Assembly (NCBI GenBank): GCA_951406725.2
Contig: OX597816.1
Coordinates: 131,006,001 to 131,070,000, forward strand
Length of the DNA stretch: 64,000 nucleotides
Direction: 5' to 3'
From: Octopus vulgaris
Lineage: Eukaryota
A model generated the notes under the pieces. It did not search any database, was not told the DNA's origin, and was given only the letters and a program-made list of their open reading frames with translations. Positions 11,631-23,655 of the stretch are shown in pieces. Both the position numbers and the translations under genes were made by a program. Positions within the stretch are counted from its first letter, which is position 1; the number at the start of each line of letters is the position of its first letter.

Positions 11631-13404
11631 TAGGCAAAGAACGGAAAATCAAATTGAAGGCTGGTTATTGTGGAGGTCGTTGCACTTTAATGATCATGGG
11701 ACATATAAGTTTGCAAGCCATGTAAAGTGGAGCTACTGAAGTGTTTTGGGAATAGATTACGGATAATGACTACAAAATATAGTTATTTTACATGAAAGCG
11801 AAATTTCTTTTCAGAAACAACCACATAAATAGTATAATGAAATTGAAGGAAGACGTTGAAATTTCCCCTCTGTGAGGTTTTTTTTTTTTTTTTTCAGCAA
11901 AGGGAGCTATTTTTTCAGAGAGATAAGCCAACAAAAGCCCCTTTATTCTATCTTCCCACATAGCCTGCGCATAGACTAATAGCGAATGCTGCATAAAGTT
12001 TAATTGGTATGGAGCTTTCTGAAAAATACGTATAGTTTTCGCTAGTGGAAGCAAAACTCTTATTTAAAGGTTGATTCTTTGGGACGAATCATATGTGATT
12101 ATTTAAAAAAAGCTAGAACGACAATGGGTAACAGTCGAAATAGTATAATGGATAGGTAAATAGCATCTTTAAAGTGAAACAACGCATTGGTAGATAAACA
12201 AAGGTATCAACAAATAGGAGAGGGAAGGGAACATCACCTTTCAAGTGACTCAGAATAGGTAAAGGTAAGCTTACCAAAGTTTAATGCAGTTTAAATATGG
12301 AGATTAAGATTGTTTGGTATTGGATATTTATCGTGTACAGTGTTCCTAGTCAATTTAATCGCGTGGTAGGTAGACAGTCGAAATAAGTAGACAAAATCCT
12401 TTCACATTTATAAAAAAAAATTAAAAAGTATGGAAGACCCTATATACAAAAAATATGTCCATTTACGCGTGAACTCTGGGCAATATTTTTAGTGCATGAC
12501 TATCCTTGGGACATAAGTAATGTGTGTGGTGAAAATCGGTTGAGAAATGTGGAAATGTATGCGTTATGCATTATACAGACACATACCGTGATTTATATAT
12601 ATATTAGATATATACACCCCCATACATACATGCATACGTACACATATATGTGTGTGTGTACATACATACATACATACATACATACATACATACATACATA
12701 CATACATACATACATACATACATAAACGACAACTGATAGAAATGTGCAACTTAGTTTCTATTCTCGATTGTAACTAATTCACATCCCTTAAGTCGTTGAC
12801 GATCTTTGAGTAAAAAAGACATTTCGAATCTGTCCTTCCAAGCTCAATATCACCAACTCTCTTGCTCGTTATGATGAAATACATAAGATAAAATAGATTT
12901 CAGCGTAATTTGAACCAAAAATTTGAAGCATAAAACAAGATACAATATTATAAAATAACATCGATTTTCCGAAACTTTTGGTTCCAAAGCCATTCCGGAT
13001 TGCTGATTTTTTCCGAACCAGGGGTAGTTATGCTCTAAATAAAACAAATATTAAATTTACTTTAATAGTTAAGTGAAATACAAGTGTCATACGTTAGTAT
13101 AAATTATACAACTTTATTAATACTGTACTATGCTAGGTACTAGTCTTTACAAGGTAACAATAAACTAGTCTGGCAGTCTCGGGAATGTGAAGTTCTGTTC
13201 GTAAAGTAGTGTGGATTCTAAGAGATTCCCGACCAACAGTTTTCACTTGTACCACCATCGTAGCATCGATTCATCTTTTCTTTCTGCATAGACGTTTATA
13301 GTCTCTGGCATGCAAGGCGAAAGGAAGGGAAATTTCATCAGTTTGAAAATGGCCTTAAATTTCAGCGTATTCATTATCTAACACAAAATATTGTTTTAAA
13401 TTTT

Positions 13405-13590
13405 GGCACAAGGCCAGCAATTTTAATAGGAGTGGTAGTCGCTTACATTGAACCCTTACATTGACCGCTTACATTGCTCGACTGGTAAATATTCTATCCC
13501 TACCACCATTGAAAGGATGAAAGGAAAAGTCGACCTCGGTGAAATTTGAACTCGGAACGTAAAGACGGACAAGTCACCCTACCAGTCCAC
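13405..13590 (-). mobile_element. SINE family A, degenerate
   Basis: gaaaggatgaaaggaaaagtcgacctcggtgaaatttgaactcggaacgt is the reverse complement of the family A core. Confidence 0.75.
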
Positions 13591-13677
13591 GACTTATATG
13601 CCCATGGCTTGTAATATAATGTGCTGGCATGCCTGGAAATTGCATACCTAAGAGAAAATTAACATATGAAATAAAAG

Positions 13678-13985
13678 AAGCCGCATGGTTAAGTGGTTAG
13701 AGTGTCGGGCTCACAATCATGAGGTAGTGAGTTCGATTCCTGGACCGGGCTGTGTATTGTGTTCTTGAGTAATACACTTTATTTCACGTTCCCCTCCAGT
13801 TCACTCAGTTGTAGAAATGAGTTGCGACATCACTGGTACCAAGCTGTATCGACCTTTCCTTTGCCTTGCATAACATCGGTGGCGTAAAGAGGAGAGGCGA
13901 CTGCTAGTCTTCCATAAACAACCTTGCTCGGAGGGTAACTATCTAGGTGCAATCCCATAGTCATTCATGACCGAAGGGGGTCTTT
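13678..13985 (+). mobile_element. tRNA-derived SINE family D
   Basis: A box tggttaagtgg and B box gagttcgattcc; body shared with 23352-23655 (ccagttcactcag, ctaggtgcaatccca..gtcattcatgaccgaaggg). Confidence 0.85.
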
Positions 13986-14011
13986 TTTCCCAGTATAATA
14001 AATATTATTAA

Positions 14012-14210
14012 CTACATATACTTTATATGCTTCATGTATTTTCCGGTGGCTGCAACAGCGTGGTGAAGTATATACACTCTCAAAGAGCCATCACTCCCTG
14101 TCCATGACTCTGGTGTGTTTTAACACTCGACGCTTTGAGAGTGTATATACTCCACCATGCTATTGCAGCCACCGGAAGATACACGAGACATATACATTGA
14201 GTATATGGAG
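14012..14210. mobile_element. Fold-back MITE with long TIRs, flanked by TTAA
   Basis: Arms of about 75 bp (tccggtggctgcaacagcgtggtgaagtatatacactctcaaag and ctttgagagtgtatatactccaccatgctattgcagccaccgga); TTAA at 14008-14011 and 14211-14214. Confidence 0.8.
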
Positions 14211-14233
14211 TTAAAAATAATAATAATAATGAC

Positions 14234-14340
<107 letters not shown>

Positions 14341-14382
14341 CTAATGTAGGATAAAATTTTTTCGGGAAAAAATTACAAATAC

Positions 14383-15836
14383 TCAAACTTACAAATACTT
14401 AGGAATCCATGAACTAGATAAGACACAACACACACAAATGAAAGAGAAAATAAAAAAAGAATATTATAGACGAGTTAGATCAATACTAAACACAGAGCTC
14501 AATGCTAAAAACAAGATAATAGGTATCAACACTTTAGCTGTCCCAGTTATAAGTTACAGCTACAATATCCTTAACTGGACACGAAATGAACTGTCCAAAA
14601 TAGATAGGAAAACAAGAAAAATACTGACAGGATCTAGGATGCATCACCCAAAATCTGACATAGAAAGACTATATATACAACGTATAGAAGGTGGTAGAGG
14701 CCTTATACAGCTGGAAAACTACTATAAAATAACCACCATAGGACTGCAAAAATATCTACTTCAGAAGGAAGGAAAACTGATCCAGATAGCAGCAAAACAC
14801 GAGCAAAACAAAAAACTGTTCTCAGTATTTAAGGAAGCTGACAAATACAAACAAGAAATCATACCACCTAATAAACATGAAGAAGAAGAAGAAGATGATG
14901 AAGAAACAACAAAAGCTATAAAACAAATGAAATCCAAACTAAAAATAGAACAGCAACGAACCATGATAAAACGATGACAAGAAAAGCCCCTTCATGGTAA
15001 ATATTGCACTAAACTAAACGCAAAAGAAATAGACAAAGAAAAATCCCAGCAATGGCTGAGAAGCTCAGGACTCAAAGCAGAAACAGAGGGATTTTTAATT
15101 GCAGCACAAGACCAAAGCCTCCCCACCAGAAATTACCAAAAACATGTAATGAAAAGAAATATTACAAGTAACTGCAGAATATGTGGAGATGGACAAGAAA
15201 CAATAAATCATATTATCTCTAGCTGTCCAGTCCTGGCTAAGAAGGAATATATTCACAGACATGACAGAGTTGGAACCTACATACATTGGAAGCTATGCCA
15301 ACATTATGGAATAACAACAGAAAAAAAGATGGGATAGGCACACACCAGAAAAGGTCACAGAAAACGAGAAAGCAACCATACTCTGGGATATGCCGATACA
15401 CACAGATAGAGAAATTAAGGCCAACAGACCAAATATAGTTGTCAGAGATCATGAAGAAAAAAATGCTTTCTAATTGATGTATCAATACCGGCAGATGACA
15501 ACGTGTCTCTAAAAGAAATGGAGAAACTCTCAAAATACAAAGACCTGGAAATAGAGGTAACTAGAATGTGGAATCTGAAAACAGAAACAATTCCTATCAT
15601 AGTAGGTGCATTAGGCATGATAAAAAAATATTCAGACAAATACATAACAAAAACACCAGGACTTACAAACACATATAACATACAGAAAATTGCACTACTA
15701 GGCACTGCACACATCCTACGCAGAACACTTTCCATACAATAACCATCAGAGCATCACAACAAATCACAGCACATACCCAAGGCACACAGAGCTGCGCTCG
15801 GTAGTGAAGTGAAAGCACGCTATAAAAATAAAACTA

Positions 15837-15839
<3 letters not shown>
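14383..15839 (+). mobile_element. Dong/R4-clade non-LTR retrotransposon, 5'-truncated, with (TAA)n tail
   Basis: TYKYLGI, LYIQRIEGGRGL, ETEGFLIAAQDQSL, CRICGDGQETINHIISSC (CCHC), RHDRV, RPNIV (PD motif changed D to N), IDVSIP, EKLSKYKDL, IPIIVGALG. Stop at about 14975 plus two frameshifts; followed by (AAT)n. Confidence 0.93.
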
Positions 15840-15928
<89 letters not shown>

Positions 15929-15986
15929 CAACAACAACATCGAAAAATACCTTAGGAATGAAAACGCAGGTTCGAAATTTCCCCAA

Positions 15987-16032
15987 GACACCTGAAGAAG
16001 GCTGTAGGGTATATCAGCCGAAATGTTGTGTT
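15987..16032 (+). ncRNA. Type-I hammerhead motif with canonical CUGANGA core
   Basis: GACAC CUGAAGA A GGCUG-UAGGGUAUAU-CAGCC GAAA UGUU GUGUU; lies in a short repeat-like segment (about 15940-16120) after (CAA)n. Confidence 0.8.
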
Positions 16033-16535
16033 AACAACAAACAAGATGAGAACAAATATCCGTCGAATGTAAATAATGTAAATAAGGCACATAAGTCCTC
16101 ATCTCTTAAATATAGAACTGAACTGCTTTCTGTTTGTTACAACTTACGTAACTTACGTAACAGTTTGCTATGAAACAATTATAGTCTATGCTTTACTTGT
16201 TCCATACCTTACCTATTGGATTTTTAATTGCATTCTTAGCAGCTTTAGTTGCTAAACCGTGAGTTGTATGGTGACCGTCAGTTTATAGAAATTCCTTTTA
16301 ACTTCGATATAAGATGGCGTGTTTAACTTACAATATTAATATGTATATTTTATCGTATATTTTCCACTTTTAGTCATCTACACTAGTGACATAAATGCTT
16401 GAAGTTTACTAACCTTCTCCACTTCGAGCCTTGGGTCATACTTACCTATTGCCATGTGTGTGTGTATCTGTGTGTGTGTGTATCTGTGTGTGTGTGTGTG
16501 TGTGTTTGCATGCATGCGTGTGTGTGTGGGTATGC

Positions 16536-16568
<33 letters not shown>

Positions 16569-17712
16569 TGTGTGTGTGAGTGTATGTGTGTAGAACAAAT
16601 AGTGAGGGATTATCAATCTGGGCAAAATACTTCATAAGCTCTTTGTTGGCACACCAGGCTAACAATATTACTTAGATTAGTGAAGGACTCCAAGAATATT
16701 TTGGTAGGGTCCCAAGTTATGGTTCATCACAATTCTATATTGTAAATCCGTGGATGGGCTTCAAATAAACTGTTTTTTATGGAGTGATATATAAAAAAAA
16801 CAAGTTAAAAATAATGGTCATTACATATATTTTCCTTTATTAGAGCAAATTTGGCTTAACTATTTCCAGTAGTCATTATAGGTACATTACTGATAGGTTT
16901 ATTCAATTGGGCTATTGATCAATTGAGGTAGCTTTTCAGGAAATAGAAGTTAAATTTATATTCCCACTTAAACGTAAGGTCTTATGCCTCGATAAAGATG
17001 TAGTGTTTCCTCATGTAAAAGCGAAGTTTTTAAAATAAGAGGCTCATAATACGAATGTAAAAAAATGTCTAATAACTAACAACCTATGAAAGCCGATGTT
17101 TGTCGGAATATTTTTTCCACCCTTTGCATGTATGTGTTTCAGTGAGTGCGCGCGCGTGTGGGTGTGCGTGTGTGTGTGTGTGTATGTGTGTGTATGTGTG
17201 TGTGTCTGTATGCGTGTGTATTATAGATTGACACAGAGCACGTGTAAAACGGTTGTTTATCCTTGTAAAAAGCCAAGCAAATCCCATTAGTCTAGAATTA
17301 AGGGAAAATTAAAAGACCCCTGCTGCTATTGAAGAACAGGATGGGGTGTAAAATCCACCCCCTCCACTCATCTCCGTTCAATTTGTGAAACATTCTTTTT
17401 GTCCAAAGGCAACCGTTTAATTCCTATTTACAAATTATATTATCATCATCATCATCATCATTATCATCCCCATCATCATCACCGTCATCATCATCGTCAT
17501 CTTTATCACATGATCTAAGTTTACCTCTCTTTCTTTTCAATATGTCTTACTTTCATTTTCGCTCATCTTTTTTTCTTCACATTTTGTCATGCTTTAAACA
17601 TTACTCTTCTTCCTTTTATTCATCTATGGGCTTCTTCCTCCTCTTTTTGTCACCTTCCTTCTCCTCCTTCTTCTACCGTCTCCTTTTCCTTCTAGTTTTT
17701 TGTTTCTCTTTA

Positions 17713-17811
<99 letters not shown>

Positions 17812-19534
17812 TCCACTACTCTCCTTTAGCTAAGGCTCAGTTCTTTTACCATCTCTCTTTTTACTCTCACCTCCTTTTTCTCCTTCAACCCCCACCTCCT
17901 ACTCTTACCCTACCTCCTTCCATCTCCTTCAATTCCTGTTAAAACTAATGTCTATTTGCCAACTCATTCTCAAGTTGCTATGATCAGGCTAAAAGATTAA
18001 CATGCCGCTCAATTGCAAAGAGCTGGGGTGACCTCATTTAGGACAAAGAAAGGTCAACGCTAAGTAATATTTCTTGATGTATTTGTATAGGCAATTTTAG
18101 TTAAGCTACCGCTTTTTGTGGGACATGACTTGTAAACGCCATACGTAATCCTCTGAAAAACGCGAGTTTAGTCGGTTTTTCTTCTTTTTTATTATTATAT
18201 TCTCCCACTGTTATTGTTGTTGTTTTCGTAGTTGTTTTTTTTTCATACTATTGTCGCTGATATTGATATTAATATTGTCGTTGTTGTTGCTAGTGATGCT
18301 TGATACCGACGTTCTTGCTCATGTTCTTGTTATAGTGGTAGTATTAATAATGCTGGTTATTGTGATAGTGTTGTTGTTGCTTGTAGTGGTGGTGGTGGTG
18401 GTAGTGGAGGAGGGGGAGGAGGAAGAGCAGCAGCAGCAGCAGCAGAAGTAGGAGCAGGTGGTGGTGGTGGTGACGGTGGTGGTGGTGGTGGTGACGATGG
18501 TGGTGGTGGTGACGGTGGAAGTGATGACAGTAAAATGACAAGTGTTGATGTTAATGGTAGTAGTCACAGTGATACTTGATAGTAATTTGGTGGTGGTGGT
18601 GGTGGTGATGGTGAGTGATGTCCATATAAAGGGTGATGCTTTTTGCAGTGATGTAGAGGAGGTTGATGATAGTAGTTGAGGTAGAATTCATGGGAATGAC
18701 AAGAGCATGAGTGGCTAGTTGTTGATACTGTCATCACTGTTCCAGCAGGCATAAGATCAGCGGTATAACAGACTTGATCATCTATTCTCTTTAATGGAGC
18801 AAGTAGGACTTCATTATTTCACATGTGTGCATACCTTATTTAAAATGCTAGTTGTGTGGTATGAAGATTTGGCTACTATTGCTTGTTGGTCAATCGACTA
18901 GATTGAGATTTCACCATGGGTTCACTTACTACTAGGCTGCTATTATTTAGGTCTAGGTCAGTCCTGGTCAAGTAATCTTATAATGAAAGACATTCCAACT
19001 GTGGCCACCCCTTACACAGTGAAGGGATAATACTGATTCTTATGGACAAAGAAGGGAGTCTCTTGGTTTCTAGGTTAGTTGTTGGAATTGAAAACAAGGC
19101 GATCTTCTCCAGCATTTCTGGAGCTGCGACTGATGATACTGCTGGAACGGCAGCCTTCAGAACCTCTTCCTCTTCTGCTAATTTTAGTCCAGGCTTGTCT
19201 TACATCTCGTTACAACATGTCATATATATGGGGTGGGGTGGTGTAACCTCACCCCATATATATATGATGCCCCAACAACGCCACGATCTCTTTTAAAATT
19301 TCTCAGTCGTCTTTCCGCCATCATTTCCCACCCGCGGTCTTTTCACCACAACCATCACCCTCCGCGTTACGTTAAATGTTATTTATCCTAAGAACACCAC
19401 TACGACCACTACTACCACCATCACTGCCCCTATCATCACCACCACCACTATCAACAACAACAACGTCATCACCACTGCTTAACAATTTTACCACCATCGA
19501 TACCACACATGCTATCACAGTAACAATTCTACCT

Positions 19535-20830
19535 CGTAAAGTGCCCCTGAAATGTGAATACAAACAGAATAAAACAAGTTTCACGTAAATCGGTCCAGTG
19601 AGATATTGGGGGTTTTGGGAGTATAAATACCCAAAACAGTGTATAATGGGAAAATACTCCGAAAATAACTTAACCCTGAAAGGGAAGAAACTCTAACCTT
19701 TCGATTAGACACATTGGTGTCTTTAACTTGCCTACGAAAAAATACGAGTTATTTTTTTGCAGTAAATGTTTCTGTTTTCGCTTTTGTTAAACATAATATT
19801 TTAATCATTTAGAAATATCTTTAAATGAATGTGATTTCAAAAATATAGTTCTTTGTACCGTAAGTATTTATATTTTAGCTTTCTTTAAACAGACACTATT
19901 TTAAGCTTTTTAAAAATTATTTTCAAGTGAATATCGTTACAAAACTTTTTTTGAGCATATTTTTAAAATATTTTAAAGCGAAAATGACTTTAAAAATACA
20001 GTAAACATTTCGTAAAAGAACCGTTCGTAACCTCAGTGTGAAATATTTTTTCCATAGCTTTATTTCGAATGCATTCAACGTTTCACACCGCTTAAGATTT
20101 GGCTGCTATTTCTAGCACCCCATGCTACCATGTGACAGCTATTTGTGGTAAGGATCCGAAATGCATGTTACGTGGTAGCAGGGCGTGCAAAGAATAACAG
20201 CAAGATCCTTCCTTTTCTGGGAAAAAGAGCCGTTTACGCGTGATTTCGATGTCACATTCGTTGAAAGTATGCGAAATAACCTGGAAAAAACCTCACGAAG
20301 CAGAACTCCGTTGGTGGGAAACTCAGGGTTTCCCGGGAATCTCCGAGGTCTCCACAACCCTTTCTCCCTTTCTTTTCCGGAAGAAAATGGCTTGCGATGG
20401 GTTTGGAGGTGAGGTACGTTAAATGCACACGAAATACACCCGAAAAATACCTGCACGAACGGGTCCTTTACGAAATATTTACCCAAGATCGAGAAAGGCT
20501 AGCGAATAGACGGATCGATGAGATTGATAAAGCAAGGGCTGAGCGTCTGGCGAAACAGAGGGAAAGAGACAGAAGGAGGAGACGTCATGAATCGGATGCT
20601 CATGTGAATACAAATGGAATAAAACAAGTTTTGCGTAAATTGGACCACGGGTTACCGAGATACACGTTTTTTTCGGGTACCTTTATAAAAAGTCAAACCG
20701 ACGAATCATGGGGGAAATGCTTTAAAAGTAAGGTACCATTGAAATGTGAATACGGAATAATAGAAGTTTCGCGTAAATCAGACCAGGGATTCCCGAGATA
20801 CACGGTTTTTGCGGGTACCTTGATCTCTTA
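19535..20830 (+). mobile_element. Helitron-related segment with three subrepeats and an STPR-like coding relic
   Basis: The unit tgaaatgtgaatac..aataaaacaagtttc.cgtaaatcgg.cca occurs at about 19550, 20602 and 20741. A 23-aa-periodic peptide is encoded at 20484-20600. Termini not identified. Confidence 0.5.
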
Positions 20831-20849
20831 AGCACCACCAGCTCAAATA

Positions 20850-21039
20850 TTTTCTCCTCTGTCTTCCCTCCTTGGGATCTTTCCTTCTCCTTGTTTCCGA
20901 TGAAGAGCTCCGCTCGAAACGTTAAACCCTCCTTCCCTTCTTTCCTGAGCGTCAATAATACTTTAATTGTTCCACGTCCTGCGTTGCTGTGTTTTTTTCT
21001 CTTTTTTTCTTTTTTTTCTGTGTTTTCTTGTTTGGATTA

Positions 21040-21042
<3 letters not shown>
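20850..21042 (+). mobile_element. Penelope-like pLTR fragment with hammerhead motif, ending in (TA)n
   Basis: Second copy of 6311-6517. Confidence 0.65.
20893..20927 (+). ncRNA. Minimal hammerhead-like motif (CCGAUGA core)
   Basis: GUUU CCGAUGA A GAGC-UCC-GCUC GAAA CGUU AAAC; differs from 6378-6412 only at the free N7 position. Confidence 0.7.
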
Positions 21043-21110
<68 letters not shown>

Positions 21111-23351
21111 GCGTATGTATGTGTGCGTGTGAGTGCATTGTATACCACTTCAATCAAAATTATTTTAATAAAACATTATAGTATTAGTTTTTGCCTTTAA
21201 TTTATTTTCTGCATTTTGAATATTTGCTATGATTAGTTTAATTATTATCTGAAACAAAACGGTACATTCGATGAATTGCTTATTCGAGCAGCTGTTTTTG
21301 ATAATTTAACACCAACCAATTTAGTATTAGAGAGGCCATGCCTGAATATAGGTGGCATGGCCACTGCTACAAACTCATTGACAATAGTATAACAATACAA
21401 TCCATAAAAACTAGTGATTGTCTGTGTCGGCCGGTAATAAATACAAATAATTCAAACAGTGGAGTATGATTTGTTTTCCGAGTACGGGGAGAGAAATTTA
21501 ACGCTTCGGAGAGAAAACAAATATCACCTAGTGTTGAAGGTCATATAAACTGGGATTAGTAAAAGTGAAGGAGAGAAAGGTAGTGAGGTAACAAGTGCCA
21601 AAAAGAAAGGAAGAATGAGGCAAGGGAGACGAAAAAGGGGGAAATGGTAGAGTTAATGAAGAAAAAGAAGAGAATAAGAGAAGAGGAAGTAAAGCAAATA
21701 TCAGAGAAAGTAGAGAAGGGGTAAGAGAGAAGTTAAGAGAGGTGGAAGAGATAATACGTATCAGAGAGAGAAGTTGCATGTATCAAAAAGAAATAAAAGA
21801 GGTAAAGGAGAACGAAAAAAAGTGACACGGAGAAAGAAAAGAGGGCTGAAAAAAGAGGAAGAAGCAGCAAGTGGCAAAAAGAGAGAAGGAGAAAAGGAGA
21901 GGTAAAGAAGGAAAATGTAACAAACATCAGAGAGTGAGTAGAGAATGGTTGAGTTAAGTGAGGAAGAAGATGTAACAAGGTAGGAGAAAGTAAAACGAAT
22001 GCCTAAAGATTTAAAATACGTTAAGAGGAAGAGGGGGTAGTAATAATAATAGGGAAACTATACACACATAAACATACACACTCTCCTCGCTCTTATAGCT
22101 GGCCTTTTTCTACCACCAATAGTTGTTATCCCTTCCCTTCTCTCTTCCCTCAATCTACCATTTTTCTCTCGTCGTTCTTTCTCAACTCTCTCGTATCTCT
22201 CTGTCTCACCACTCATTCTCCACTCTTTATCTCATTCTCTCGCCGTTTCTTTCATTTTCCAATTTATCCTTTAACACTAGTTGACATTTCATCTCTCCCT
22301 GACGAAGACTTTCTGGCTGAAATGTCATTAAAACTTTTCTTCCCCGCGCAATAATGTTTGCATATCTTTGATCACATGTTTGCTTCATCACGATTAACCT
22401 GACACTAAAGAACAATAACATTGTAGGAATCTTAACATGGTCGCTCAATTTGTTAAAAATAGCAGCTAAAAGTACTCTTAAATTACACCGGTCATCTGAA
22501 AAAAGGAGACTAACATTTGATAATGTAGTTTTACAGCCAAAAACAACGAGGTAGCCATGGATGAAATATTTTTGACTATGTGTTTGCTTGACTAGACTTA
22601 GACTAGAGGTAAACTTTCTGTGATCAGTCTGTCTACTAAAAACAGCAACCAAATCTCCCTCAGATTACACACTGTTTTCTTTAAAAATGCAAAACAGTGC
22701 ACATTGGTTAATGAACTCACTTCTACATATCAATTCTTGAAAAAAGTTAAGGTATTTTCATTTAGAATGCCTTTTATCACAAGTTCCTGTTCGATCAGTG
22801 CTAAAGATAGCAATTAAATTTTCCCTGAAATCGCCTTCTATCGTCTCAAAAATTTAATAAATGAAGTAGATGAGGTACTAAAAGGAAGACCTAGTCGGAC
22901 TAAAGAAAAAATCAGAATTATCACATCAAGGTCTCCGTTTGATAAGTACTAAAAATAACAGTCATAACAGATAAAAAGAAAACTTGCACGTGATTGAGAA
23001 TCGCACTAAATATTTTATATTTAGTTTCGGGTTTGTTTTTTCTTTTCTTTTTTATTTTTGGTTTTTGTGGGGCTTGTTTTCTACCTTCTAACTTTAAACT
23101 TCATTGAATATAGGCATTGCCTTTTAATTTCCCCCAGAAGAAATAAAATATATACTAATGACAGATGGGAGGCCGAACCAGTCACCTATAATTTGTTGAT
23201 ATCTGCACAAACTTCTGGGTTGCTTTCATTCAGTTGGGGCTCAATATCTGCTTCGTTAGCATTAAGCTGATTTGTAAATCTCTCCTGAATAATGTCTGGG
23301 GAAACTTAACTTATCCTAAAGTGTAAGTTCCTTTTCTAGACTGCTATGTGA

Positions 23352-23655
23352 AGGTGTCTGGCTCACAGTCATGAGATAGCCAGTTCCATTCTCGAACCGG
23401 GCTGTGCGTTGTGTTCTTGAGCAAGACACTTTATTTCACATTGCTCCAGTTCACTCAGCCTAGATGTCACTGGTACCAAACTGTATTATCCTTTGCCTTT
23501 CCCTTGGATAACATTTGATGGCGTGAAGAGGAGAAGCTGATATGCATGGGCGACTGCTGATCATCCATAAACAACCTTTCTCGAACTTGTGCCTCAGAGG
23601 GTAACTTTCTAGGTGCAATCCCATCGTCATTCATGACCGAAGGGAGCCTTTACTC
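23352..23655 (+). mobile_element. tRNA-derived SINE family D
   Basis: Aligns along its length with 13678-13985. Confidence 0.8.

Noticed and set aside
14438-15742. Three separate genes from the ORF track
   Set aside because: They are consecutive pieces of one broken Dong/R4 ORF.
22290-22335. CUGACGA..GAAA UGUC hammerhead-like string
   Set aside because: Stem II is mismatched and no stem I pairing is possible; likely a chance match.
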